A DNA stretch of 64,000 bases from Eledone cirrhosa (GCA_964016885.1 CAXHJY010001372.1:1-64000); one strand, 5' to 3'; shown: positions 12,155 to 28,022, counted from the first letter of the stretch. Notes: a model not told the origin generated them from the letters alone. Translations and numbers: made by a program.

Positions 12155-12181
12155 ATCCATATATCTTAATGTGTGTGTGTG

Positions 12182-12244
<63 letters not shown>

Positions 12245-12248
<4 letters not shown>

Positions 12249-12437
12249 CGAAGGAAATGTGGTAAAGAACCAGGTGGACCATAACGCACCAAAGTACTCA
12301 ATACTTAGGGTAGTAGAGTGGGCAATAGGAACAAGTAGGACCCCGACGGCTGAGCTCAAGCCGTTTCGACGGCTAATTAGCGGTCCAGAATTAGCCGTCG
12401 AAACGGCTTGAGCTCAGCCGTCGGGGTCCTACTTGTT

Positions 12438-12442
<5 letters not shown>
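12245..12442 (-). mobile_element. Palindromic Penelope-like/retrozyme-like element, family P copy 1, inserted in (TA)n
   Basis: Perfect 54-bp arms 12325-12378/12389-12442; contains GAAA-CGGC..GCCG-TC hammerhead 3' half; ~80-bp unique tail shared with 31204 and 42628 copies; TA repeats on both sides. Confidence 0.8.
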
Positions 12443-12477
<35 letters not shown>

Positions 12478-12513
12478 ATAATATATATATATATTATTAC
12501 AACAACTTGATAT

Positions 12514-12700
12514 AATAATTGTTTCTACTTTTGGAACAAGGCCAGCAATTACCCAGTGCATTACTGGTACTTTATTTTATCGACCCCGTAAGGATGAAAG
12601 GCAAAGTTAACCTTGGCGGGGTTTGAACTCAGAATGGCAAGGGCCATAACTCTATGCTAGAAAGCATGGTGCCCAAACCTCTACCGATACTACCAATCCA
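12514..12700 (-). mobile_element. SINE family A, full length
   Basis: Consensus match, A and B boxes. Confidence 0.9.
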
Positions 12701-12764
12701 ATTCCTGTGACATCCCAAAGATATTTGAACATTTGAATGTACCCCATAAAAATACATCCTTCCA

Positions 12765-13390
12765 TAACCATCTACACACCACAACTGCCACACCTATATA
12801 CACCCTAACCACTTCTACCACAACAACCATATCTTCACCCTCACCCCTACCACCATCATCACCACCTATCACCACCATCATCACCCTCACCTCCATCCCT
12901 ACCACCTATCACCACCCTCACTATCACCCCTACCACCATCATCACCACCCCTATCACGCTCACCTCCATCCCTACCACCATCACCACCATCCCTACCACT
13001 CTTACCACCACCCTACCACTATCTCCCTCACCACCATCCTCACCATCACCGCCACCCTTACCACCACCATCTATCACCACCAGCCTACCACCACCACCAC
13101 TATCCTACCACCATCACCACCATCCCTATCACCATCACAACCATCCCTACCACCCTTACCACCACCCTACCACTATCTCCCTCACCACCATCCCCACCAT
13201 CACCGCCACCCTTACCACCACCATCTATCACCACCACCACTATCCTAACACCATCACCACCATCCCTATCACCATCACCACACCACTATCTCCCTCACCA
13301 CCATCCCCACCATCACCGCCACCCTACTACCACCACCACCACTATCCTACCACCATACCCCCCCTCCCACTACCATCACCACCTATCACT
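12765..13390. repeat. (CCA/CAT)n low-complexity repeat
   Basis: Direct reading. Confidence 0.85.
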
Positions 13391-13459
13391 GAATTTTGAG
13401 CTAAATTTAATTGTGAAACTCTTCATTATCTCAAGTGGAAATACTAATCTTTAGCAACT

Positions 13460-13536
13460 TTATATACATACATACATCCATATATATAATATAATATACA
13501 TCTATATGTGTGTATATATATATATACATGGATGGA

Positions 13537-13583
<47 letters not shown>

Positions 13584-13591
13584 GGATGTAC

Positions 13592-13657
<66 letters not shown>

Positions 13658-13795
13658 ATGTACATATGTATATATGTATATATGGATGTATATATGTATA
13701 TATGGATGTACGTATGTATATATATATATATATGGATGTATATATATATGGATGTACATATGCATATATGGATGTACGTATGTATATATATATAA
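13460..13795. repeat. (TA)n with interspersed tggatgta unit
   Basis: Direct reading. Confidence 0.9.
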
Positions 13796-13897
13796 TCTGT
13801 GCATACAGATATCTACTTAAACATACTGCACTCTCTTTCACTCCATTTCCCTACTGCCCCCACCCTCTCTCTATCTCTAATTCCAGTATCACTCTAT

Positions 13898-13945
<48 letters not shown>

Positions 13946-14709
13946 CATATTCCCCTCATTTATCTTGGTATGTCTTGTTAAATAGCTTTAAGCTGTACAT
14001 TCACATAAACGTATTATCTGTTCATCTACCCATCCATCCATATAAATGTGAGTGTGTGTGTGTATATATGTGTGCGTGTGTGTGAATATATGTGTATGAG
14101 AGAGAGAGAGAGAGGGGGGTATGCGTATAGCTAACTGTATGATTTAATATATATACCATGTTAGCAGCTCAACCCACCCCAGCTCCTATCACCCGACATT
14201 GACTTTGAATAAGTAAAGTGAAAGTGAATAGACAAGCTGAAGACTTTAGAAGCTGCAGGCAACCTGTCTAGGAAAGCAATAGCTCCATATAGGAACTGAT
14301 ATTGGATAGAAGGTACTTGACTCTTTAGTCTTGTCTGAGATAATCTATATAGTACAGATAGCACCACAGAATACACCTAGTTCACTCTGTAAAGTGGTTG
14401 GTGTTTGGAACAGCTTTTAGCAATGAAAACTAACTCCAAGATAATGACATACACAACAACAAACTGGCCAGATTTCTTCTTTTTTTTTTTGTAATTGTTG
14501 GATGACGTTTATATATACAGGTATAGGTAGGAGCTGTGGTGGAGCCATAATATAACTTCTCAGGTAAACAGACCTGTGGAGTGATCAGGTGTTAGGAAAG
14601 ACATCCAGCTGTAGAAATCATGCTGAAAATATAACATATGTCTCAAGAAGCAATCAACTGACCTGTCTGGTCTCAGAATGATGATGACTTGATTATTATC
14701 ATTGTTCTG

Positions 14710-16095
14710 ATGGTGGATTGGCAATATTGGTTGGACGTCATGCTTTGCAGTATAGAGTTACGGCCCTTTACGGTCTGAGTTCAAATCCAGCTGAGGTTAA
14801 CTTTGCCTTTCATCCTTACGAGGTTGATCAAATAAAGTACCAGTAATGCACTGGGATAATTGCTGGCCTTGTGCCAAAAGTAGAAATAATTATTATTCGA
14901 TTGGCAGTATCGGTAGAGCGACGACGAACACCATGCTCTGTGGCATACAGTTACGGCCCTTTACATTCTGAGTTCAAATCTTGCCGAGGTTAGCTTTGCC
15001 TTTCATCCTTACGGGGTTGATAAATTAAAGTACCAGTCACGCACTAGGGTTGATTTAATCAATTTTCCTTCCCCTCCCACCAAAAAAGCTGGCCTTGTAC
15101 CTAAATCAGAAACAATTGGCAGTATCGGTAGAGGGTCGGACGCCATGCTTTCCAGCATAGTTACGTCCCTTTACGATCTGAGTTCAAATCCCGCGAAGGT
15201 TGACTCTGCCTTTCATCCTTACGGGGTCGATAAAATAAAGTACCAGTAATGAACTGGGTAATTGCTGGCCTTGTGCCTAAAGTAGAAACCATTATTATTA
15301 TTAAAGTACCAGTAATGTACTGTTTAATTGCTGGCCTTGTGCCTAAAGTAGAAACCATTATTATTATTAAAGTACCAGTAATGTACTGTTTAATTGCTGG
15401 CCTTGTGCCTAAAGTAGAAACCATTATTATTATTAAAGTACCAGTAATGAACTGTTTAATTGCTGGCCTTGTGCCTAAAGTAGAAACCATTATTATTATT
15501 AAAGTACCAGTAATGAACTGGATAATTGCTGGCCTTGTGCCTAAAGTAGAAACCATTATTATTATTAAAGGGCAAGTGACGTAAAGAGCTGTTACTAAAT
15601 GCTGTAAAGCATGTTGTTCGACACTCTACCGATTCTGTCAATTGACTGCCCTTTAATAATTGTTTCTACTTTAGGCACAAGGCCAGCAATTAACCAGTAC
15701 ATTACTGGTACTTTATTTTATCGACCCCGTAAGGATGAAAGGCAAAGTCAAATCCCGCCGAGGTCAACTTTGCCTTTCATCCTTACAGGGTCGATAAAAT
15801 AAAGTACCAGTAATGTACTGGATCGATTTAATCGACTTTCTCCTCTTACCCAAATAGTTGGCTTTGTGCCTGAAAACCATTATTATAATTAAAGAGCGGT
15901 CAATTGACAGAATCGGTAGAGCATCAGACAGACACCATGCTTTGTAGCATAGAGTTATCGCCCTTTACCTTCTGAGCTCAAATCCTGCTGAGGTTAACTT
16001 TGCCTTTCATCCTAACGGGGGTCGATAAAATAAAGTACCAGTAATACACTGCGATAATTGCTGGCCTTGTGCCAAAAGTAGAAACATTATCATTA
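14710..16095. mobile_element. Dense SINE family A cluster (about 7 copies or fragments, both orientations)
   Basis: + copies at ~14710, 14899, 15116, 15749, 15893; - fragments at ~15575-15750. Confidence 0.88.
15237..15566 (+). repeat. 66-bp tandem repeat x5 of the SINE A 3' end
   Basis: aaagtaccagtaatg at 15237, 15303, 15369, 15435, 15501. Confidence 0.95.
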
Positions 16096-16124
16096 TGAGG
16101 ATGATATGTATGTCATTTGCATGT

Positions 16125-17011
<887 letters not shown>

Positions 17012-17131
17012 CTTTAGACAAGACACACACACTGTTCTACTGGCTAGACAGGTCAGCCAAACCTCAAATATATTTTAAAGAAAATATATTTATTGTGGTG
17101 TGAGTATGTGTGTGTGAGTATGTGTGAGTAT

Positions 17132-17172
<41 letters not shown>

Positions 17173-17287
17173 CGTGTGTGTGCGTGTGTGCGTGTGTATG
17201 TGTGTGTGTGTGTAGTTTAATAGAAAAGATAAGGTGTATTATTTATTCATAATTTTAAGTTTGTAGACACAAAGACAATTTGTTCAA

Positions 17288-19365
17288 ACCACCACCACCA
17301 CCCTCCCCACCACCATCACCACCACAACCACCATCCCCACCACTACCATCACCACCGCCGCCACCACCACCATCACCACCACCATCACCATCACCACCAC
17401 CACCTCTGACATCAACTATCAATACTACCACCAACTACTACTGACACCAACTACCACCACCACTACCACCAACACTGACACCAACTACCACCACCACTAA
17501 CACCAACTACCACCACCACTACCACCTCAGACACCAACTACCACTAACACCAACTACCACCACCACTAACACCAACTACCACCACCTACCACCACCACTA
17601 ACACCAACTACCACCACCACTACCACCTCAGACACCAACTACCACTAACACCAACTACCACCACCACTAACACCAACTACCACCACCACTACCACTAACA
17701 CCAACTACCACCACCACTAACACCAACTACCACCACCACTACCACCTCAGACACCAACTACCACTAACACCAACTACCACCACCACTAACACCAACTACC
17801 ACCACCACTACCACTAACACCAACTACCACCACCACTAACACCAACTACCACCACCACTACCACCTCAGACACCAACTACCACTAACACCAACTACCACC
17901 ACCACTAACACCAACTACCACCACCACTACCACTAACACCAACTACCACCACCACTAACACCAACTACCACCACCACTACCACCTCAGACACCAACTACC
18001 ACTAACACCAACTACCACCACCACTACCACTAACACCAACTACCACCACCACTGACACCAACTACCACCACCACCAACTACCACCACCACTACCACTAAC
18101 ACCAACTACCACCACCACTAACACCAACTACCACCACCACTACCACTAACACCAACTACCACCACCACTAACACCAACTACCACCACCACTACCACTACC
18201 ACTAACTACCACCACCACTAACACCAACTACCACCACCACTACCACTAACACCAACTACCACCACCACTACCACTACCACTAACTACCACCACCACTAAC
18301 ACCAACTACCACCACCACTACCACTAACACCAACTACCACCACCACTGACACCAACTACCACCACCACTAACACCAACTACCACCACCACTACCACTGAC
18401 ACCAACTACCACCACCACTACCACTTACACCAACTACCACCACCACTGACACCAACTACCACCACCATTACCACCTCAGACACCAACTACCACTGACACC
18501 AACTACCACCACCACTACCACTTACACCAACTACCACCACCTACCACCACCACTAACACCAACTACCACCACCATTACCACCTCAGACACCAACTACCAC
18601 TGACACCAACTACCACCACCACTACCACTTACACCAACTACCACCACCACTGACACCAACTACCACCACCACTAACACCAACTACCACCACCACTACCAC
18701 TAAAACCAACTACCACCACCACTAACACCAACTACCACCACCACTACCACTAAAACCAACTACCACCACCACTAACACCAACTACCACCACCATTACCAC
18801 CTCAGACACCAACTACCACTGACACCAACTACCACCACCACTACCACTTACACCAACTACCACCACCACTACCACCTCAGACACAAACTACCACCACCAC
18901 CTCTGCCACTCCAACATGAACTATCACCACTACCACCACCACTAGCTCTGACACCAACTACCACCACCACTACCACCTCAGACACAAACTACCACCACCA
19001 CCTCTGCCACTCCAACATGAACTATCACCACTACCACCACCACTAGCTCTGACACCAACTACCACTACCACTTGACACCAACTACCACCACCACCTCAAT
19101 CATCGCCACCACTACACCACCACCACCACCATCATTATCATCATCATAGTCACAACCATTATCACCACAAACACCACCACCACCATTACTACCACCACCA
19201 CCACCACTACCACCACCACCACCACCATCTCCACTACTACTAACACCACCACTACCATCACCACCACCACCACCACCACCTCCACTATTACCACCACCAC
19301 CACCACTACCACCACCACCACCACCACCACCACCACTACAACCATCAACATCATCATCATCATCA
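17288..19365. repeat. C-rich minisatellite (~22-bp caccaactaccaccaccactaa with higher-order variants)
   Basis: Direct reading. Confidence 0.93.
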
Positions 19366-19487
19366 TATGAGAGGTCAAAAGACAAGGTGACTGTAACCTC
19401 CACACAACAACAACAACACCAGAAATAACTAAAGTTAACCAAAAGATAACATTGTTGAACAAACTTCATTTTTCTTCCTTCTGTCAA

Positions 19488-20706
19488 TGATGGTAGTGGT
19501 GGTGAGGTGGTAGTGGTGGTGGTGGTGGTGGTGGTGTGGTGGTGGTGTGGTGGTGGTGGTGGTGGTGTGGTAGTGGTGTAGTGGAGGTGTAGTGGTGAGG
19601 TGCAGTGGTGGTGGTGTGGTGGTGGTGGTGTGGTAGTGGTGTAGTGGTGGTGGTGTGGTAGTGGTGGTGTAGTGGTGGTGGTAGTGGCGGTATGGTGGTG
19701 GCAGCGGTGTTGTAGTGGTGGTGTGGTGGTGGTGATGTGGTGGTATGGTGGTGGTGATGTGGTGGTGTGGTGGCGGTGGTGTTGTAGTGGTGGTGTGGTG
19801 GCGTTGGTGTTGTAGTGGTGGTGGCGTTGGTGTTGTAGTGGTGGTGGTGGTGTTGTAGTGGTGGTGGTGGTGTTGTAGTGGTGGTGGTGGCGTTGGGTAG
19901 TGGTGGTGATGGTGTGGGGTAGTGGTGGTGGTATGCTGGTATAGTGGTGGTATGTTGGTGGTGATGTGGTAGCGGTGGTGTTGTAGTGGTGGTGGTGATG
20001 GTGTTGTAGTAGTGATGGTGTTGTTGTAGTGGTGGTGGTGTTGTTGTAGTGGTGGTGGTGTGGTGGTAGTGTGGTGGTGGTGTAGTGGTGATGTGGTGGC
20101 GGTGGTGTTGTAGTGGTGGTGGAGGTGTGGTATAGTGGTGTGGAGGTGTGGTGGTGTATTGGTGGTGGTAATAGCGGTATGGTAGTGGTGGTGTGGTGGC
20201 CGTGGTGTTTTAGTGGTGCAGTGGTGGTGGTGTAGTGGTGGTGGTGGTGTAGTGGTGCTGACGGTGTAGTGGTGGTGGTAGTATAGTGGTGGTGGTAGTG
20301 TAGTGGTGGTGGTGTTGTAGTGTAGTGGAGGTGTGGTGGTGGTAGTGGTGATATGGTGGTGGTGGTAGTGGTATTGTAGTGTGGTGGTGGTAGTAGTGGT
20401 GTTGTAGTGTAGTGGTGTAGCAGTGCTGTGGTTGTACTGTTGGTTGTGGTGGTGGTGTAGGGATGGTGGTGGTAGTGTAGTGATGGTGGTGGCGTAGTGG
20501 TGGTGGTGTTGTAGTGTAGTGGAGGTGTGGTTGTAGTGGTGGTGTGGTGGTGGTGTAGTGGTGGTTGTGATGGTGGTGTAGTGTTGGTAGTTTAGATGGT
20601 GGTGTAGTGGCGGTGGTGTAGTGGCGGTGGTGTGGTGGTAGTGGTATGGTGGGAATGTAGTGGTGGTGGTGGTGGTGTGGGTAATATAGCATAGTGGTGG
20701 TGGTGG
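19488..20706. repeat. (TGG/TAG)n low-complexity repeat
   Basis: Direct reading. Confidence 0.9.
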
Positions 20707-23700
20707 ACTGGGAGCTTTCTATCATAGTACCAGTAAAACTCTTTACAGGCTAGACTGGGTGCTTTTTATTGTGGCACCAGCATAACCAGATTACAGGCTG
20801 GACTGGATGGTTCATCATAGTTGATGTACAAGAACTTTACAGCGCAGACTGGGTGTTTTTTATCATAATACCAGAAAAACCCACATTACAGGGTGGACTG
20901 GGTGCTTTTTATTGTGGGACTAGCATGACCACATTGCAGTGATACCTGGGTATATCTTATTGTGGCACTAGCATGACCCTATTACAGTGATACCTGGGTA
21001 TATCTTATTATGGCACTAGCATGACCCTATTACAGCGATACCTGGGTATATCTTATCGTGGGACTAGCATGACCCTATTACAGCGATACCTGGGTATATC
21101 TCATCGTGGCACTAGCATGACCCTATTACAGCGATACCTGGGTATATCTTATTGTGACACTAGCATGACCCTATTACAGCGATACCTGAGTATATCTTAT
21201 CGTGGCACTAGCATGACCCTATTACAGCGATACCTGGGTATATCTTATTGTGGCACTAGCATCACCACATTACAGCGATACCTGGGTATATCTTATTGTG
21301 GCACTAGCATGACCCTATTACAGCGATACCTGGGTATATCTTATTGTGGGACTAGCATGACCACATTACAGCGATACCTGGGTATATCTTATTGTGGCAC
21401 TAGCATGACCACATTACAGCGATACCTGGGTATATCGTATTGTGGGACTAGCATGGCCCTATTACGGCGATACCTGGGTATATCTTATTGTGGCACTAGC
21501 ATGACCACATTACAGCGATACCTGGGTATATCTTATTGTGGCACTAGCATGACCCTATTACAGCGATACCTGGGTATATCTTATTGTGGGACTAGCATGA
21601 CCACATTACAGCGATACCTGGGTATATCTTATTGTGGCACTAGCATGACCACATTACAGCGATACCTGGGTATATCTTATTGTGGCACTAGCATGACACT
21701 ATTACAGCGATACCTGGGTATATCTTATTGTGGTACTAGCATGACACTATTACAGCGATACCTGGGTATATCTTATTGTGGCACTAGCATGACCCTATTA
21801 CAGCGATACCTGGGTATATCTTATTGTGGCACTAACATGGCCCTATTACAGCGATACCTGGGTATATCTTATTGTGACACTAGCATGACCACATTACAGC
21901 GATACCTGGGTATATCTTATTGTGGCACTAGCATGATCACATTACAGCGATACCTGGGTATATCTTATTGTGGCACTAGCATGACCCTATTACAGCGATA
22001 CCTGGGTATATCTTATTGTGGCACTAGCATGACCCTATTACAGCGATACCTGGGTATATCTTATTGTGGCACTAGCATGACCCTATTACAGCAATACCTG
22101 GGTATATCTTATTGTGGCACTAACATGGCCCTATTACAGCGATACCTGGGTATATCTTATTGTGACACAAGCATGACCACATTACAGCGATACCTGGGTA
22201 TATCTTATTGTGGCACTAGCATGATCACATTACAGCGATACCTGGGTATATCTTATTGTGGCACTAGCATGACCCTATTACAGCGATACCTGGGTATATC
22301 TTATTGTGGCACTAGCATGACCCTATTACAGCGATACCTGGGTATATCTTATTGTGGCACTAGCATGACCCTATTACAGCAATACCTGGGTATATCTTAT
22401 TGTGGCACTAACATGACCCTATTACAGCGATACCTGGGTATATCTTATTGTGGCACTAGCATGACCACATTACAGCGATACCTGGGTATATCTTATTGTG
22501 GCACTAGCATGACCACATTACAGCGATACCTGGGTATATCTTATTGTGGCACTAGCATGACCACATTACAGCGATACCTGGGTATATCTTATTGTGGCAC
22601 TAGCATGACCCTATTACAGCGATACCTGGGTATATCTTATTGTGGCACTAGCATGACCCTATTACAGTGATACCTGGGTATATCTTATTATGCCACTAGC
22701 ATGACCCTATTACAGCGATACCTGGGTATATCTTATTGTGGCACTAGCATGGCCCTATTACAGCGATACCTGGGTATATCTTATTGTGGCACTAGCATGG
22801 CCCTATTACAGCGATACCTGGGTATATCTTATTGTGGAACTAGCATGACCCTATTACAACGATACCTGGGTATATCTTATTGTGGGACTAGCATGACCAC
22901 ATTACAATGATACCTGGGTATATCTTATTGTGGGACTAGCATGACCCTATTACAGTGATACCTGGGTATATCTTATTGTGGCACTAGCATGACACTATTA
23001 CAGCGATACCTGGGTATATCTTATTGTGGCACTAGCATGACCCTATTACAGCGATACCTGGGTATATCTTATTGTGGCACTAGCATGACCACATTACAGC
23101 GATACCTGGGTATATCTTATTGTGGCACTAGCATGACCACATTACAGCGATACCTTGGTATATCTTACTGTGGCACTAGCATGACCACATTACAGCGATA
23201 CCTGGGTATATCTTATTGTGGCACTAGCATGACACTATTACAGCGATACCTGGGTATATCTTATTGTGGGACTAGCATGCCCCTATTACAGCGATACCTG
23301 GGTATATCTTATTGTGGCACTAGCATGACACTATTACAGCGATACCTGGGTATATCTTATTGTGGCACTAGCATGACCACATTACAGCGATACCTGGGTA
23401 TATCTTATTGTGGCACTAACATGACCCTATTACAGCGATACCTGGGTATATCTTATTGTGGCACTAACATGGCCCTATTACAGTGATACCTGGGTATATC
23501 TTATTGTGGCACCAGCATGACACTATTACAGCGATACCTGGGTATATCTTATTGTGGCACTAGCATGACCCTATTACAGCGATACCTGGGTATATCTTAT
23601 TGTGGCACTAGCATGACCACATTACAGCGATACCTGGGTATATCTTATTGTGGCACTAGCATGACCACATTACAGCGATACCTTGGTATATCTTACTGTG

Positions 23701-24765
23701 GCACTAGCATGACCACATTACAGCGATACCTGGGTATATCTTATTGTGGCACTAGCATGACACTATTACAGCGATTCCTGGGTATATCTTATTGTGGGAC
23801 TAGCATGCCCCTATTACAGCGATACCTGGGTATATCTTATTGTGGCACTAGCATGACACTATTACAGCGATACCTGGGTATATCTTATTGTGGCACTAAC
23901 ATGACCCTATTATAGCGATACCTGGGTATATCTTATTGTGGCACTAACATGGCCCTATTACAGCGATACCTGGGTATATCTTATTGTGGCACTAACATGG
24001 CCCTATTACAGCGATACCTGGGTATATCTTATTGTGGTACTAGCATGACACTATTACAGCGATACCTGGGTATATCTTATTGTGGCACTAGCATGACCCT
24101 ATTACAGCGATACCTGGGTATATCTTATTGTGGCACTAACATGACCCTATTACAGCGATACCTGGGTATATCTTATTGTGGCACTAACATGGCCCTATTA
24201 CAGCGATACCTGGGTATATCTTATTGTGGTACTAGCATGACACTATTACAGCGATACCTGGGTATATCTTATTGTGGCACTAGCATGACCCTATTACAGC
24301 GATACCTGGGTATATCTTATTGTGGCACTAACATGACCCTATTACAGCGATACCTGGGTATATCTTATTGTGGCACTAACATGGCCCTATTACAGCGATA
24401 CCTGGGTATATCTTATTGTGGTACTAGCATGACACTATTACAGCGATACCTGGGTATATCTTATTGTGAAACTAGCATGACCCTATTACAGCGATACCTG
24501 GGTATATCTTATTGTGGCACTAACATGACCCTATTACAGCGATACCTGGGTATATCTTATTGTGGTACTAGCATGACACTATTACAGCGATACCTGGGTA
24601 TATCTTATTGTGGCACTAGCATGACCCTATTACAGCGATACCTGGGTATATCTTATTGTGGGACTAACATGGCCCTATTACAGCGATACCTGGGTGCTTT
24701 TTATTGTAGCACCAGCATGACCACATTACACAGTGGGTGGGGTACATTTTATTGTAGCACTGCCA
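20705..24765 (+). repeat. 48-bp satellite array, roughly 80 units
   Basis: Unit ttacagcgatacctgggtatatcttattgtggcactagcatgacc(ct/ac)a; homogeneous from ~20930 to ~24690 with diverged edge units. Confidence 0.98.
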
Positions 24766-24834
24766 CTGCCTTCTTACATTTAATCAATACTGGAGAGGGG
24801 GCATTGATGGGAATAAAGGGTTCGTGTGAATTGA

Positions 24835-25064
24835 AATTATATATATATATATATGTGTATGTGTGAATGTGTGTGTGTGTGTGTGAATGTGTGTGTGTGT
24901 GAGTATATATATATATATATACAATATATATATATATGCATGCATCTGTGTGTAGTTTTAGTGTGTACACTTGTTTGTAATTATTCCCATGTGTATGTTT
25001 AGATATACATAACATATATAACTATATAGTTACACGCATTAACATGCATGCACACATATGTGAG

Positions 25065-25133
<69 letters not shown>

Positions 25134-25482
25134 ATGTACACATGTGCGCATTTTTTGTAACCAGTGAATTGTATTTGCATTGTCATAAATGAAGGCAAAT
25201 CCATACATAAACGTTATTGTGTATGTCTACATATATATACATACATATATATACATATATATATATACATATATATTATACATACATACATATAATTACA
25301 TGCTTGTGTGTATATGTGTGTAAAGAAACAAGGCTAATAAAGATAATGAAAGAAGGACTGTAATACTTTATAAATATATTTATATAAAAACCTGTGGCAT
25401 AAAACACATCCATACACCTAGAACAGAAATCTATATCTATTATATATTTATATAAGCATACATATATGTTTTTATGTGTGTG

Positions 25483-25527
<45 letters not shown>

Positions 25528-25648
25528 TATATGTATATATATGTATATATATGTATATATATATACACACATATATATATATATATATGTATATATATGT
25601 GTGTATATATATATATAGATAGATACATACATACACACACACACACAC

Positions 25649-25691
<43 letters not shown>

Positions 25692-25891
25692 AATATATAT
25701 ATATGCACACACATACATAGTTTATGAACAGTTATAATTATATGTGTGACCATGCATTTGTATGCATATGATGAGATGTATGTATTGTGTGTATATATAT
25801 ATATGTGTGTGAGTGTGTGAGAGAGTGTGTATGTGTGAGTGTGTATGTGTGAGTGTGTGTGTGTGAGTGTGTGTGTGTGAGAGTGTGTGTG

Positions 25892-25923
<32 letters not shown>

Positions 25924-25930
25924 CATGTGT
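24835..25930. repeat. (TA)n/(CA)n/(TG)n microsatellite cluster
   Basis: Direct reading. Confidence 0.85.
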
Positions 25931-26026
25931 GAAAAGTCAACAAGGTAAAATAACACAGAACAATACAATACAATAAGTGTATATAGTAAATATATTAGTT
26001 TAACACTTTATATAGTAGATAAAGAG

Positions 26027-26060
26027 TCTTAACGTTTCAGACATAATTCCTTCATTGCAA
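26027..26060 (-). ncRNA. Degenerate minimal hammerhead motif
   Basis: Reverse complement: caATGA-A-GGAa-TTAT-GTCT-GAAACGTT-AAGA; same layout as 62259 and 28323. Confidence 0.45.
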
Positions 26061-27175
26061 TATAGAATGAGGAAGAGAGAAGAGATGATATTTAGGAGAC
26101 AACAGAACTAGAAAGACAGTTGGGAGTAAGAAGAGAAAGAAGAGAAAGAAAATGGGGAAAAACTCAACAGGAGGAAACTATGTGGGTAATTATTCCACCA
26201 TTATAGGGTTGGTCGAACTGGGATGAGGGTGGGGGGTGCAAGTGCCACGTCCACCCTCAACCAATAATTATATTTTTCTCCCCAAACTACCAAAAATCAC
26301 ATCTATTTGTATATATATACACTACAATTTATGTACATGCTATGTTTATCACATATCAAAGTTGTTTAATATCTTGGTTGATATTTGATAACTGTAATAT
26401 ATTATGCTAACCTTCATAGAAAATTTGTTTGTCATGTAATAACTTTTTCTCCACATATCACTATTTGCCAAATGCTAGTATGTGTATTCAGAGACAGATG
26501 TCATAGGTCATTTTGCTATAATCACTTTATAATTATTGAAAGCAGTTAATATGACCTGCTTGGACTCAAATTATATTTTCTGATAATTTTTTAGTGCAAA
26601 GAACTAAACTAATTACTACAACTAAATTGACCAAATTTGACCCAATCCCACCCCCAATTCAGAAATGCTTCCACTGCCCCTGCATTATGATATGCATCTT
26701 GGTTTTTAGAATAGATACACCATGATTCTGGATGTGATCTGAAGACATTCAGCCTTAAAACACAGTCTCAAAATATTCTCTGTAATCCTATGATATCTTT
26801 GAAATATGAATGCAAAACCAGGCTCAATTGTTAAACCATACAGCTCTCAACCACAAATATTGAAGCGCATATCAACAGGTTTTGGGGCCATGACTACCAA
26901 CGTTATTTTTCTAAATTCAAGAAAGTGTTTAAATATAACTTTGAAAGCAGAGGCAACAGAGAGGTGCTCCGGCAAGATCCTGTCAACAGAATCACCATAC
27001 AGTTTAAACACACAAGTCTCTGATATATGATAGGCTAAATGTCAGTAGAAGGCAATCCAGGAATCATGACCTGAATGTAGCCAAAACACTTGATTGAGGT
27101 GGAGTTTCTTCTCTAAAGATCTTCTGCTGTCCAGCTCTCCTGAGAGTTTCTTACAATTCCTTACCACACACTATA

Positions 27176-27415
27176 TCATCATCATCATCATCATCATCAT
27201 CACCGTTTAAGATCCATTTTTCCACACTAGCATGGGTTAGATGAGTTGTCCTGTTGTGAACAATACCAGGTCAGGTGATCTGCCCACACAGAACAGATTT
27301 TGGCTAGGCTTTTACAGCTGGATGCCTTTCCTTATGCCAACCTCATTTACAATGCGTAAGTGGTGCTTTATGTCGTGAAACCTACACGACCACTTTCGAA
27401 TGTGGGCTGGGTGCT
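27176..27415 (-). mobile_element. RTE-type 3' tail/SINE B tail with (GAT)n
   Basis: Matches gttggcgttaggaagggcatccagctgta and gcatggaaaa..ggacgttaaacgatgat tail seen in other copies. Confidence 0.8.
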
Positions 27416-27649
27416 ATATATATATATGTATAAGAGTTATTTAATTTGTTGGAAATCCAACATGGCCACCTGACCTATCTGAACTGATAACAGGACACCA
27501 TATATGGAAAATACAATGTTAAATGGTGGTGGTGATGATGATGATATATATATTAAAGGACCGATAGACCTTTGTCAAATCGGACCGAGGAAACCATGTT
27601 TCCGTTCGTCTTTTTAATTGCTAATACTATCTATCGGTCGCAAATCCAG

Positions 27650-27772
27650 GTAGAAGGAGCAACGTGAAATAAAGTGTCTTGCTCAAGGACATAACGCATC
27701 GCCCGGTCCAGGAATCGAACTCACAACCTCAAGATTATGAATCCATTTCTCTAACCATTCAGCCACACGCCT
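27650..27772 (-). mobile_element. SINE family B head (tRNA plus CORE-like domain)
   Basis: Reverse complement aaggcgtgtggctgaatggttagag...gagttcgattcc...ccttgagcaagacactttatttcacgttgctcc. Confidence 0.8.
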
Positions 27773-27773
27773 T

Positions 27774-27822
<49 letters not shown>

Positions 27823-27977
27823 GTGCTTTCCACCACATATTTACACCCTCAGCCTCCTGATTCCTCTCCCCCCACCCCTCTATCCACACACGCACAGACA
27901 CTCCGACCCCCCCCCCCCACACACACACACACCTCTTCCTGAACATGCAACCCCGTTCTTCCCCCAACCCTTACTTT

Positions 27978-28022
<45 letters not shown>

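Noticed and set aside
20705-24765. CRISPR-like appearance of the regular array
   Set aside because: Head-to-tail units with no unique spacers, no cas genes, eukaryotic context
21021-24866. 549-aa and neighbouring ORFs with a 16-aa repeat
   Set aside because: Translation of a 48-bp satellite; sporadic stops break the frame and there is no unique domain
26204-26682. Possible hAT MITE (TAGGG...CCCCTG ends)
   Set aside because: TIR too degenerate and no matching 8-bp TSD
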